A stretch of 64,000 nt of DNA from Harriotta raleighana (taxonomy: Eukaryota): assembly GCA_050575255.1 (NCBI GenBank), contig JBNZDD010013730.1:3733538-3797537 (forward strand), given 5' to 3'. Each line of letters begins with the position of its first letter. Positions within the stretch are counted from its first letter, which is position 1. The position numbers and the translations under genes were made by a program. The notes under the pieces were generated by a model. It did not search any database and was not told the origin of the DNA. It saw nothing but the letters and a program-made list of their open reading frames with translations. Of this stretch, positions 14,066 to 27,354 are shown piece after piece.

Positions 14066-14405
14066 CTTATTTCCAAAGATAACAAAATGACATAAATAAC
14101 TGTAAGCTACTATGCTATTGTTCATAAATGATTTCCATTCAACAAAACTTTCACTGCACCCCCCCTCCCATTGAATGAGGTTATCATGTTTTATCATTTC
14201 CATTTGGGTCATCAAAATAAGTAACCTGAGACGTTTTGAGGTCTAGAAGAGTCTTAACATTTATCCTCTTGTTTTATCTCCTAGTTTCTATTTTTTTTAA
14301 AAACGTAATCAACAGCATTAATAAAATGGCACTAAATATTTATGTCAAAATAGGTGTACCAATACCTCACATAATTTAACTGTATTACATGGAAATATAC
14401 CATAC

Positions 14406-14514
14406 CCGTTAGAACATCCTTTGAGGGCTTCTGTACTTGTTCTTTCTGTTCCTGTTGTTGTTGCTGTTGCTGTTTCCGGGCAGCGATCTTCTTATTTTTG
14501 TTGACCATAGATGC
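14406..14514 (-). CDS. ZNF326: ZNF326 exon (ASMVNKNKKIAARKQQQQQQQEQKEQVQKPSKDVLT)
   Basis: gtttag|...G|gtatgg, 109 nt. MVNK-KK motif and short polyQ. Confidence 0.9.
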
Positions 14515-15961
14515 CTAAACAATGATGTATTTACATGTTCAAAAACTTCATTAAAAGCTACAAAAACTTCCACAGTATGCTATGAAAAGAAGGCAAATTG
14601 CAGTCTATAATAGTATTTAGTACTTGAAGAGTACATTAGAGATCAAATGGATATCAGGAAAGGATTACACGTATAATCAAACAAATAAAACGGATTTACA
14701 GTCAACCTGAAAATTAGAACATTTTATAATACCTCCTGAGCTTGTCTTCAATTTTACAGACTTTAGTTTTGTTAATTTTGTGCCACTTTTCTAAATTTGT
14801 CCAAATGCTCATATGATCTATCTCCCTCACGTGCGTAGACATTCACTCAATAACCTATTGTGAAATACCTCAGCTTCAATCAACAAGTAAACTGCAATTG
14901 CTTTAACCCCAGACAGGGGAGAGAAAGAAAAGACAACTACCCTTGATCACTTAGCTATTAATAAGTTCCTCTCCTACAATAGCAAGTTGCTTGAGCAACC
15001 TGAATTTTCAGTTAAATCTCAATCTCCCGAAGGAATAAAATAGTCTGAGTGGCACATCATAAAAAGTTACACTGATGCACAGATAGCTTTCTAGTTTTTT
15101 AAAGGCTTGCACAAAAGCTTGCTTTATTCCATTATTAAGTTCCAATCAAAAGTTAGAGAAGAACCTCTCGTCTAGAGTATTATCAGACTCTTGGGGATCT
15201 ATGTTAACTACGTCGATATTTTACATTCTTCAGGCTTATTATGGTTTTAGTTGAAATCAAGAAAATATAATTTTATGGAAACATGCTAGTTTACATCTAG
15301 ATTTTATAAGTTTATGCCTATCATGTCCTCTCAGCATGATAGGCCCGCTAGAAATGTAATTTTGCTGTTGTAGTAGAAAATAACCAATGAACCAACCATT
15401 ATTACATCATATGCAGTAAAATTTATTAAGACTAACCTTCTTCTGGTGGATGCAAATGCCCAATGATAACAATTGAGATGACACAAAACCTAAGTCTTTT
15501 AAAATCACAATAATGAAAATATTTGCCTAAATTTTCCAACGTACATTAAGTTGCATTTCATACAAAAAGGACAGATGTAACAGTATTATATGATTGTAAA
15601 AATTTTAATTCACAAAAGAAAAACTTCCCAATTTTTTGCAAAAATAAACCCTGCAGGTTACTAATCAAGTCTAGTGAACGGCAAACTCAATTTGCACAGT
15701 AAACTAGGGATGTTTAGTAATGAGTATGAATGCCACAGGCTAACTACTGTAGAGATTAGCATATAGTCTTGGAAAAAAAATCACTTAATTGCACTGTTCA
15801 GTATTCAGGCAGCCTTCCTCCACCACTACCTTGTAGCAAGAAAAAAAAGTGCACAGAAAGAGCTACTGAAGAAGCTTAAAAGGTACACTTGTGCAAAAAT
15901 AAATGAATAATGTTCTATATTACGTGGTAAATGATAATTAGAAATTATTGTAATTAATCAT

Positions 15962-16270
15962 ATAATCCTAGCATTTGATATACCGCTTTCACATTTTATT
16001 GACGTCTCAAAGCACTTCAAAAAATATACTGTAAATTAAATTGACTGGATATTTGTGAGTGAAACGAGGCAGCCAATTACGCACAGCAGTATCCCACAAT
16101 ACATCGTGGATTGAAAATGACCAATTTTTATTATTGATTTTTTTGAGGGGTTATTATTAGGCATGTGGAATAAGGAAACTTTCCCAAGTTTTGTCTTGAT
16201 CTGCGTGGATTCGAACACAGGTCTCGCGCTTTTAAAGCGAGTGCTCTAACCACTGAGCTACAGGAGCTCC
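15962..16270 (-). mobile_element. Full-length SINE with probable 8-bp target-site duplication TAATCATA
   Basis: Same family; taatcata occurs on both flanks. Confidence 0.9.
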
Positions 16271-16663
16271 TAATCATAAAGTTCATCTGATATCATAAAT
16301 CACAATGACTGTCAAATGCAAGGATTATTATAACTCACCTAAATTCACATCTGAAATTAGAATCTTGAAAGCAGTATTATATTGAATGCAACGATTTAAT
16401 TTAGTTTGGGATTTCTTCTGCCAGAAGCAAGTGTCAGTGATTTTTAGGTTACTGACAGTTGGTGGCATTCAGAAATCCACAATTGCTGAAAAATTCTACA
16501 GCAAGTAAAAGTTGTCTGAACAAACTGCAGCTAAACTGCAAACTCCACCCCAGAATATAGTATGGACTTCTAACAGAATCGTATCATCCAGTTCCTAGAA
16601 TACATCAGCTCAAAGTTCCATCCCTCAGGCAGAACACAAATCATAAAATCACACATAACTTAC

Positions 16664-16811
16664 ATGCAAAAAGTCTGCGGCTCCTTTATCAAACTGAATG
16701 TTCTTTCCAATATACTCAAGCGTTTCCTTATGGTACGGAGTTTCCAGGTGAGCCTCAATCTCTTGTTGCTCTGTGGTTCGGAATTTGCAGAGTGAGCATG
16801 TAAATGCATTC
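16664..16811 (-). CDS. ZNF326: ZNF326 exon, first AKAP95-type C2H2 finger (AFTCSLCKFRT...HLETPYH...DFLH)
   Basis: ttcttag|...CAT|gtaagt, 148 nt, C-x2-C...H-x5-H. Confidence 0.93.
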
Positions 16812-17080
16812 CTAAGAAATAAAAGATTAACAATTAAGAATATAGTCTATAATGTCTGGCACTTTGCCTCAAACACAAATCATGCACAAATATCTGAATG
16901 CTACTTTTTGCTCCCTAAACACTCTGTTGCAATGATTTCCAGAACAATTCCTACCTGGTATGAATCTTGTCATTTATCTTCAATGAGCAGCATCAAGGCA
17001 TTGCATCCAGACCCACAAAGGCTACATTTTACTGCCTGCCGTTCAACTACTAAGAAATGTTCTACTCTATTTTCACTCAC

Positions 17081-17210
17081 CGATAATCTTCTCCATATTT
17101 TTCAGTATTCTTTTCACGCCTGCGCCGTTGCTTCTCTCTTCTTGCCTCAAGTTTTTTTCTCTCTTCCTCATCTTCATCCTCATTTTTCTTTTTACCTTGA
17201 TTGGAACAAT
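17081..17210 (-). CDS. ZNF326: ZNF326 exon (KKNEDEDEEERKKLEARREKQRRRREKNTEKYGEDY)
   Basis: EARREKQRRRREKN-EKYG motif; donor CG|gtgagt. The acceptor could be 15 nt further in (caag at 17196) in the same frame. Confidence 0.88.
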
Positions 17211-17301
17211 CTAATCCGTTAGGTGGCAATTCTCATGGTCAAAAGGTATACTTCAAAAAAAAAATTAAATGCCCTAGAAACAAACCACAATATTTACTGA
17301 C

Positions 17302-17398
17302 CTTCGTTTTTGTCAAAGCATTCATATGCATCAGGCTCATAAGCATCCTTTGTAAAATCCTCGTCCTTTTCTTCTTTTATCTGGACATTTGTGGCATT
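17302..17398 (-). CDS. ZNF326: ZNF326 acidic exon (NATNVQIKEEKDEDFTKDAYEPDAYECFDKNE)
   Basis: ttttcag|...G|gtcagt, 97 nt, phase 0 to 1. Confidence 0.72.
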
Positions 17399-17615
17399 CT
17401 GAAAAGCAATAAACAAAAATCCAACTACAGACAACGGGAGTCATGAAGCACCTGCTCAATTTTGTTATTCTTTTCAAATTAAAGTATCACTGTGCGCTTT
17501 TGGTCTCTGGATAGAATACTTACCATTTTAGTATAAATGTAGGTACATTGAAGTAAACAAAACATGTGCTCGGTTTGACCATTAGTAATTTATGCTCAGA
17601 TTTAAGAATGAATAC

Positions 17616-17671
17616 CTGGGTCTTTGATGCCGTAGTTGCTGTAGTGCTGCTTTGTGTCGTCACCTTAGTCA
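17616..17671 (-). CDS. ZNF326: ZNF326 small Thr/Ser-rich exon (VTKVTTQSSTTATTASKTQ)
   Basis: ttatttcag|...CAG|gtattc, 56 nt, phase 1 to 0. Keeps the frame together with the 97-nt exon. Confidence 0.7.
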
Positions 17672-17731
17672 CTGAAATAAATATAAAAGGATACAATAGT
17701 TTTTAAATGTGTAAGTTATAGTTATTCACCC

Positions 17732-17868
17732 TGGCTTAATCGGTAGCACCTTCGCCTTGAGAGTCAGAAAGTTATCAGTTAAAGTCCCACATCAGCACGT
17801 GGAACCCATATAGTCTATTTTGACACTTCAATTCAATGCTGGAGGTGTTCTGCACTGTTGGGAGGTTC
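17732..17868 (+). mobile_element. Old DeuSINE-type (SacSINE1-like) 5' fragment
   Basis: tggcttaatcggtagcacc...gagtcagaaagtt...aagtcccac...tgacactt...ctgcactgttgggaggt. Family assignment from memory. Confidence 0.55.
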
Positions 17869-17946
17869 AGGCAGAGAACCAGAAAAGCTCTGAGACATCC
17901 TCCAAACAACATCATCTTAAAAGCAGATTGTATTGGATATACCTAC

Positions 17947-18118
17947 CAGTTACTTTTGCAGCTTTTTCAGCAACTGTCACTTTCTGTTTCTTGTTTACTG
18001 CAGCTTTATTGGGCTGCAGCACCTTCCTCTTCATGCCTCTTCCAGCATTCTTTGCAGACCCACCTCGGTTATATGACATACCACCCCCATGTCTTGAGAA
18101 TACACCATAGTCTGGCAG
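17947..18118 (-). CDS. ZNF326: ZNF326 exon with NLS-like segment (RGMKRKVLQPNKAAVNKKQK)
   Basis: attacag|CTG...G|gtaggt, 172 nt, phase 0 to 1. Confidence 0.87.
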
Positions 18119-20569
18119 CTGTAATGTATTTTAAAACAGACAAAACCATTACTACAATGGCCACATGCAGAAAACATTTTTTTTTACAAAATGCACAAGT
18201 CAATGTTGCAAAAGTGTATGAATTGCACTTTTGAGCTACAGAAAAAGCCCTCCAAACTAAAAAATGTCACTTTTCCAAAGGCAACCATATCAACTGTGAA
18301 TCAATATTTGTAAGATAGACTTTATTGGCACACGTGACACTATTGAAAACCCCCAAATTTCCCTCCATGAAACAATCTTTCACTCAGATTCTTGAAATCC
18401 ATGGTTCTTTAGCCATAAAATATTTTTTATATCCCATTAAGCTCTTTGCCTCTCTGCAACACAGAAAATTGCAATCCATAATACAAACAATTTAATTGCC
18501 CTTTTGCAGGAATCAACTTAATATCTTCCTAATTATTTCATATTGAAAGGCATTTCGAATTTAGGCCTTTAAAAGGCTCTCTTAAATGAGAGCTGAAGGT
18601 AGTTATTATAACCAGGTTTCAGATATTTTGTGCTCACTTAACAGCACTCGTTTAACCAAAATCAAAGTTAGGATTTCAAATCAAGCCATCAATTTAAGAC
18701 CTCAGCAGCTGTACTAAAGTACATTTTGGTATTAATTTGATGACTCAGAAAAACAGAAATGTTTTTGAGTCACTCCTACGATTAAAATGTAAGCCGCAAA
18801 CCCAAAAAACTATTTGCCCAAATGTACACAGTTATCTTTGAGCACGTGTGAAATTTTCCCCCAAAGTTTTATCAAAATTAATCTTCTCCAAACACAAGAT
18901 AAAAATACAGCCTGACAAATGTACTGAAGATTTTTGTATTGATACAATGGAAACTTCTGCAGTCAAATGTAATGCACATAAATGTAAAGACAGATCATTA
19001 GCATTTCCTTGCAAACATCATCGATATCTTGGTAAGAATTGACACATTGTGTAGGAAGTGATGTTAGCAGCAAATTGTCAAGCTAGAAGTTGGCCTTTTT
19101 TTTAGCATGGGAAAACGCCCATTGAGAGCAGGTCCACTGGATACCGGTCATAAATGAAGATGTGCGAAATTGAGTGAGGGGTGACAGAAATTATAACAGG
19201 GTTTCTATCTACTTTCTCCACGAGGTCGAAGTAGTGAAGTGAACTCCACAATAAGGTAAGTTTTGCTTGGCTGTGGAAAAAGTGAGTTTGATATTTTATT
19301 CCCATTCCACATTTTCTTAATTGAATACCAAATCTACTCACAAACGTAATATTCTAGCATTTAATTAACTTGCATGCATTGTCAACTCAGAATTAGATCC
19401 AAATTACTCAGAATTTAGAAATGTGACTAGATTATTATTAATCTGTACACAATTATGGCCATTCTGTTTGCAACAAGGGGGAAAACAAAAAAAATCAAAA
19501 CCATCAGTCACAAAAGATATAACAGCACATTTTAAATACCCCTTACACATTTACAGCATGCTTTTAAATAAGCATTGGTGACATGTTAATTCTGCTTCTA
19601 TGTTCCAAGGCAAATTTCTGAATGTGTATCTAATACTGGGAGTATACCAACAGCATGGAGACAAAATTGTGCCACTTTCAAATATTGTAAGATTTATGGA
19701 GGGAATTTTGTAGACAATAACTGAGGTCAGGATTCTTTACAAGCTTCGCTAAAGTAGGGTAGTTCAGTGATGGAATTAAATAAAGATCCTTTAAAAATTC
19801 CAATAGCGTTTCCCTCCTAGATGCTACTACTTGTGCAGCTTCATTATTATAACATTACAGTATTTGTGCTCGTCTATTACACAAGCAAAATTAAATAATG
19901 CCACTGGTGTAGTACATCTTGTAACATAAAAAGATGTATGGTACAGAAGACACATAAATTATTTTTTTTTAAATAACTAAGGTTTATGCTATTCACTTTG
20001 GCTAAGGGAAAACATTTCATGTTTTGAGAATTTATATACTTAATCTATTCGCAATATTGAATATAAACTAATAATAAACATGGTGGTTGTGACCAAAGTA
20101 TAAGCATACCAACAGCTTCACCTACAAAATACAAATCACTGCATTTTACAGTAAATCCTGTAAAGCACTTCCAAGACATCCTCCCAATATGAAAGGCGCT
20201 AGATCAAATGAAAGGATTATTACTGCTACATCATTAAATTTCTTAGAATTTGTTTTGAGCCAACAGTGTAATATACCAGAGTTGGCAACTTCACAGCAGC
20301 ATTGAAAATACAAGAAAACCATAATCTCAAATCAGATGAATGATTGTTGTAGATCCTTTCAAATTCATATTTCTCCAACTAAAATGTTCCATTTTGCATT
20401 CTGCAGAAAGGGATACCGTAAAATTATTTTAGGTAGATCTATACAGAATTTGGGTTAAAGAAAAAACAGTATTTTTCTTCCACTGATTTTCACTGTAATT
20501 GTTAGTCCATACCCTCTCACTAGAATGAAATTCATGTGTTACATTCAAAAAATACTTACTTGGCCAAAT

Positions 20570-20752
20570 TGACCTAACTCCTGATAACTCATCACCAAGG
20601 GAAAAGACCTCAGTGACAAGTTATCTGAAGTGGCAAGTTAGGCATGTGCATAAATCTATAAAATAAATGAAGCCAGGATATTGACAGTCCGATGACTCAA
20701 GTGGTATTGACAAATTAAGCCAGGGTCGAGTTATCAGGAGCTTATTTTGTAT
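20570..20752. mobile_element. Degenerate MITE
   Basis: Inverted AACTCCTGATAACTC / GAGTTATCAGGAGCTT about 150 bp apart. Confidence 0.5.
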
Positions 20753-21645
20753 GAGAAAAAGTGGATGCACTCATTCAATTAATTTGATGACATATTAAAT
20801 ACCATCTCAAGTAATTACATGTTATTGGCTTATTTCTAGCTTTCAATTTCACATAAGTATACCTTTCCTTACAATTTATTTAAGCACTGGAGCAGAACAA
20901 ATGCTGAAGAAGTGCTACTTCACTGGACAAGATTGGGAGTATATTTGCACAAAAGAATGCATTAGAATATCTAACTTGAGCAACTTTCATCCAAGAATTT
21001 CAAACCTTGTGATCCATATATTGAAATCAAAAATAGCACTCTGTGTACCCTATTGGTGTAGACACTGAGGAATACATGGAAATATCATGCTGTGGTTCCA
21101 GCACAAGATCCAAAATTCCAAGCTGCCAAACCAACGTTGAATAGATAGAAGTGCACAGCACTACTATTTGCCTCCAGGAATCCAGTTTTAACCCAGGAAT
21201 CCCAGTAAATTATCCCATGTTTGTGCTCAAGTCATGCCCTATTTGCATTGGGTAGATAAGATTGGGCTGTTGATTTCCATCACAACCCAATTAAGGCATG
21301 TTTTACTTTTTCCACACTGAAAATCACTGAATATCGCATTCCGAAAAAATGCTGGGAGTGTTTTCATGAGAATTCGGGAGGAAGTAAAGCTAGTTTAGAA
21401 AGAAATATAATCAATTCAAGTAATTGAACTATTTTAAAATGGGGTCCAAAATTAACACCCAAGTTAACAACTGCACACAGTTGGTGATTTGGTAGTAAAC
21501 ATTTATATACTATGCTAACATTTTGTTTCAATGGAAAACAGTTTATTTCCCCCACTAGCAAAATAATGCTAGTGGCCAGAAAGTTAATTGTGTAACCTTT
21601 AAAAAAGGTGACAAGGGAATAGAATCTGAAAGATTCTGTACTTAC

Positions 21646-22087
21646 TTCTCTGCCTCGGCCTCTGCCTCCGCCTTGTCCTCCCAGAATCGAATGGGTTCCG
21701 CCTCCGTACTCGTTTCCACCATAAGCAAGCATTCCCCTCCCCCGAGAGCCTACAGATGAAGGCTTCGAAAGGAGTGAAGAAAAGCTGCTGTAGGAAGAGT
21801 AATTTCCTCTTCCTGTATCCGAATCAGCCCATCCCCTAGGCATTGAACTTGAATGTGTGTAGGTGTCATCCCAGTTAGACCTGCCATTATCATATAATCG
21901 GCTCTGGCTTCTACCTTCATAAGGGTCAAGGTATTGATCACCGAAATTCCTGTAGGAGCTCTCGGATCGATCAGCATAGCTATCCCCATAGCGACCTCGT
22001 CCTGGTTCATGTAAATCGTAGCCAGATCTATACAGATCACGGCCATCCAGAGAAGACCTGGAGTCATGCGACTCATAAGGCCCATAC
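21646..22087 (-). CDS. ZNF326: ZNF326 exon (YGPYESHDSRSSLDGRDLYRSGY...RGRGRE)
   Basis: ttttccag|...GAA|gtaagt, 442 nt. Motifs GPYES-DSRSSL-GRDLYRSGY and NYSSYSSFSS...VGSRGRG. Confidence 0.93.
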
Positions 22088-24813
22088 CTGGAAAAATTGC
22101 ACAGTAAGGAAACCGGTAAAGTTACCAGTGACATACAATAAAAACCAGATCATAACATGGTTTACCTGCTAAAAAGGGTTCAAATGTTCATTCCCTTTTT
22201 CGTAGGTATATATTCTTGTTTATGTGTGTATATAAACTTTACATCCCATTATTTTTCTGTTAAAATATTAAATATGCTGCCAATGAAAATAAGTTTTCAA
22301 ACTCAATAAAAGAAAGGTTCGACAAGATTTTCAGCAAATAGCAATATTTTATAAAGATTTCTTCTTGTGGGCAGAAGTCTCAATATTTACAAGATTCATC
22401 AATTTTAAAAAAATTAATCTGTTCTGTAAATGTAAAATAAACCACTTTGTATTGAATTCATTGGTAAATATAAAAAATAAGAATGAAAACTTATTTACAG
22501 AGTTAAGCATTCATTAAAACTTACCTAGAATTAGGATGTATATTCTCAACTATCAACATTCATTTTTTTTCCATATTTGAGCTCCATGTGAAAGTTTATT
22601 CTAATATTTGGGTTAAGAAAATTTAAAATCTTAAAAATGTACTTTAATTGCTATCCGAACAAGTGTAAACATTAGCCCAATTAGTTTTCATATCCACAAC
22701 TATCTAAAAGTGAAAATTTCCACAACTCAAAACTTTAAACAGTAAATTGTCAACATGAACTCTAGAAAATGTTTATGAACTTTGACATTCCCACAGTTTA
22801 AACATGTCAATGGAAAAATAGTATGTTTAAGTGTAATGGATATGTTCGACATTGTTGGGGAGTTGACACTCATTTCACCCATAAAATGAAATGAGTAGTA
22901 GTATTTTTCAACTGTATATAAATATGAATTTCCTACATTTTCTCTGGTTGAATATTCTAAACAGCTCCTTTGTTCTTAGATTTCACAATTGAATATGTGC
23001 TCTTATATTAAAAAAAACTTTTGCAATCTGCATATCCACCACATTTAAACATTAAATAGCGATACTTTTCTTTGTAAAATTACACAACCAGCTGTTGATT
23101 AGGATAAATAAGTTAATGGAATTAAAGACTTCCATAATCAGTAAACAAATGGTGTGCAAGTGAGTATGAATCTAGGGTTGATGATGTGGTGGGACAATGA
23201 AAGATTTTGTTCTCTGCACCGTGCAAATACTTTAGTATTTTAAAATTTTGAGTATAATCCAGAACTGCATGGATCGCAATTATACAATGTAACACTTCTA
23301 TTTCCACACGTTATCCTTTTGGTCTCTGAATGAGTGTAATGAACTTGTCCCAGCTTTTCAGGTAATTCTGCGTTGTAATTGAGAACAGGATTAAAATAAC
23401 CAAATGTCACTATTTAGGACATTAAACAGCTGCCAGGGAGAAGACTATCATTGCTTCTGTCTGAGCTGGAGTTGAACACAGGTAGCAAATGTGCAAGATT
23501 TTAATATTACGTGGTACCAACTCCCCAGGTTTCATGCATACAAAATTATGCCTTATTTTATGAGCAGGAAATATTTTGGATTTGGTTTATGAGGAGCAAG
23601 TGCTGCTGTATGGTCATTTTGAACCCACCGACCACCCAACACACACAAACAAAAAAGTTGGTGTTGATTAAGCAATAAATCAAAGTGCTGGTACATGGAA
23701 CACATTCAAATCTGTCAACCCAGTGCCAGCATAAAGCAATATAAAGTCAGGAATGGCACAGCTAGATACAGATTACCTCTCTACTTCACCAAACAATGTG
23801 CCTTAACCCAACATCAGACCACCACATACTACACCAAATTGTATGTTTCCACTTCCCACATGCAATTCTGTCTATCCCAGTGAGATTATTGATTTAGTAT
23901 CAATTGCTGTCAAATTGTAAACTATCTTTTATTCTGCAGACCTTCATCCAACAGGAACTGCACTGAAAATGATGAAACTTTTTGGAAAGATCCCGTAGAA
24001 CTGCTAAATCGCAATTTTTCAGTCTGGGTTAAATTTGAGACCAGATCTAAAGTGATGACAGTGTTCATATCTACTTACCTTTTAAAAAACGTTTTCCAGA
24101 TTACCCCACAATACAATGCAATGGCACTTGCCTTTTGGGGAGCTAAAAGACGATAGGAAGGAACTTGTCCTCTTTAATAAATTCTGCTTAGGCTCCCACA
24201 ATGCTCAGGACTACCACTGTGTATTAATCCCACCTGAGATGTTCCAATCAGTCTTTTAAAACCTCTAAATCATTAAATGTTAACATTTTATTTATTGATG
24301 AATTTTAACAATTACCATTTAATTTGGGTTAATTAAAAATCACTGCTGACATAGACTGACATATATATCAACATATATATACTTCCAATTTTTATTTATT
24401 TATACCCACAGTTTTGGTGGGGTTCTTTTGAATGCTGTTGTGATATGGCAAAAAGGCTCCAAATTGAAAATAATCAATCACTCTACAGCTTGAAAGGACA
24501 GTGAAAATAATCAAGACCTATTTTTTGGGCCACAGTAGAGGAAGCCCAAACAGTATTAAAAATGTAATTAGCAACCTCCGGTGATTGGAATCACTTATAG
24601 TAATAAACCACAAAGGAAGAAAGCATAACTTACTTAATCTAAAAATGTAAATTGCTTCAAGAGAGCCTGCTTTCTCATGCTAAACTGATCCGAGTCCTTA
24701 TGAAAATAATGCATTGGTTTACAAAACACTTTTTCTTTTAGAATCAGATGAAAATGTGTTATAAATAACCGTTAAGAAAAGCATCAACCGGTAAATAAGC
24801 TTTCATCACCTAC

Positions 24814-24892
24814 CTTTCACTCCTACTTGGATATGGATCCAGGAAAGACCTGGAATTTCCATAATTGCCATGGTTATAGTCCTCACATATCC
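24814..24892 (-). CDS. ZNF326: ZNF326 exon (GICEDYNHGNYGNSRSFLDPYPSRSE)
   Basis: ttctccaag|...AG|gtaggt, 79 nt, phase 1 to 2. Resembles the DYGHGSYG motif. Confidence 0.8.
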
Positions 24893-26591
24893 CTTGGAGA
24901 AAGAAAAAGTGAAATTAATGCCTCTTCCGCAAAGCAACTAAAACAAATTATTAATTTTCTTCAAGAACTAGTGAGAACAATCTAATCATTCACTGTTCAA
25001 ATTCTTCATTCATATTCTACAATGAAATGTACAAACCCTTCTTGCAAAAACAAAAATCATGACCAGCTTCCTAAATATAGAAAAAATCTTGGGTCAAGCC
25101 CGTTGTGATAGAAAATTGCAAGATTTGCCATCAATTTTCTCCATTACAGTGAATATCTTTTCCTCAAGACCTTATGGCAGTGAGCGAACTATGCTTTTGA
25201 TTTTTTAAATTTGCCTACTCCAACAGTCACAAATAATTGTACTCAACAGATTTAGTCATAAATTACTACTTAAGCTATTCATTTCAGGAAATTCATTTGC
25301 TACTAAGAAGGGATTTGGGGATTTACAGTATGTCCTCCAATTGAAAAACATATAGTAATTAAGACCCAGACTGCTGTAGTCAGAAAATAGGGAAACAGTG
25401 CTTCAGGACAAACTTCAAAGTTTCACATCTTCACAAGATATGATAATCATCAGGAATCCCTGGGAGATTTCAAGATATTAAATTCAATTTTAGTGGTCTG
25501 CAAAGAGATGCACCCAAGCTCCTGGGCTGACACTTAATTGTGCTGCACATCTAGACTGGATTTTCACATGCCTATGAAAATTTAACTTGCCTATGAAAAT
25601 TTAAATTTTGCTGGCAAGACTGTCAACACTCAGGATTTCAATATGCTGGATTTGCAACAACCCTGATGGCAATATGCAAATTTTCAGTTTTCATAGGATT
25701 ACATCGGTTTTCATTCTTCAAGCATTTTTTTCTCTCACATTTATCAGTTTTATAAATCATTTTATCCCTTTTATGAAGGAAACCCAAGTTAACCCTCTCC
25801 CACTAGGCAAATTTTCACCATTTATAATTTCCTAGAGATATACAGTTCTAGTAATTAAAAAATTACTGATTGACTATCAACATAAAACCAAATCTTTTAG
25901 GATGTGTTTAGCCTCAGATTTTAAGTAACATAAATTCAAACATTATCCCTCAAGCAGTTTGTAAGTATATGCACTTACTCCATATTTTCTAACATACTGA
26001 GCTTTACAGAAAATATGCCACAGGGCTCCATGTTATCTTTTGACTTTATTAACACCACTCAGCATCTATTCGTTATGAAACCCTCATTATCAGATTGTCT
26101 ATTAGATTGTTAGAACCAGATTAAAGCCAATATTGTACCAGCAATTCAAACTAAACTATATTAGAAGCATTTTGTAGAGCAAATGACTATCATGGAGTAG
26201 TTATTCTCAGCACTGTGATATTTTTCAAATTTGGTAACAAAATACACCTATTGACATTATGTACAATGTAACATTGTGTGTTTATGAACAAAATGATTAA
26301 AGGTGTTTTCTAACTACATATTGTTATTAGTATTTTCAAACACAATATCCGTAAGTATTTCATCTTAAAGATCTCTTCCTATGTACACATAAAGTTAAGG
26401 CACTGACAGATTATAAAGGTTCAAAAATAATAATCAGATATTCACAAGAAAAATGATCCAATACATCCCCTTCAGATGGTTATCTCAGTGGAAAAATAAT
26501 TTGTCTTTATTAATTTGAAAAAAACAAATAAATTGGATTAGTTGTGTAATTGCTACAGCAAAAGCAGGTCACATGTTTAAACCAGCCCAAA

Positions 26592-26930
26592 GAATAATAA
26601 TAATAATAATCCTTGCATTTGATACAGCGCTTTTCACATCTTATCAACGTCCCAAAGCGCTTCATAGAATATACTGTAAAGTGAATTGACTGTATATTTG
26701 TGGGCGGAACGTGGCAGCCAATTGCGCACAGCAGCGTCCCACAAACAGTCATAGATTGAAATGACCAATTTTATTATTGTTGTAGTTTTTTTTTGGAGGG
26801 ATTATTATTAGGCGTGTGGAGTAAGGAAACTTGCCCAAGGTTTCGCCCTGATCTGCCTGGATTCGAACACAGGTCTCATGCTTGTAAGGCATGTAAGGTG
26901 AGTGCTCTAACCACTGAGCCACAGGAGCTC
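26592..26930 (-). mobile_element. Full-length young SINE, near-identical to 13395-13722
   Basis: Same sequence including cttgtaaggcatgtaagg. Confidence 0.92.
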
Positions 26931-27354
26931 CACATTAGAATACTAATGAAATGAATAAAATGGCTGCCATGTTATTTAAAATGATCGTCTGGCATGTTTG
27001 ATCAAAAGTGGAAGTAAATAGTTGAAGTCATTTCCAGCTATCTTTGCTAGTTTCACTCATTCACACCCACCTGATTTCCAGTTGTCCCTGCTGTTCCAAT
27101 TGTTGCCCAGCCATTCAGATCCACCTGCGCATCAATGAAAACTTGGATCATCATACAGCCAGATCAAGAAATTAAATATCTGCTTTATTTTAAAATAAGA
27201 AATTTGCTAACACTGCAATGATTTGCCCGTTTGCAAATCATATGAAGCGAATAGTGTGTTATAACACACTAATGCATCTAGTTGTTAACACTTGTTAAAG
27301 CGAGGAAGAGGAGCAGAAGTAGGGCACAAATTAGGCTTAATAATATGCAGGCAA

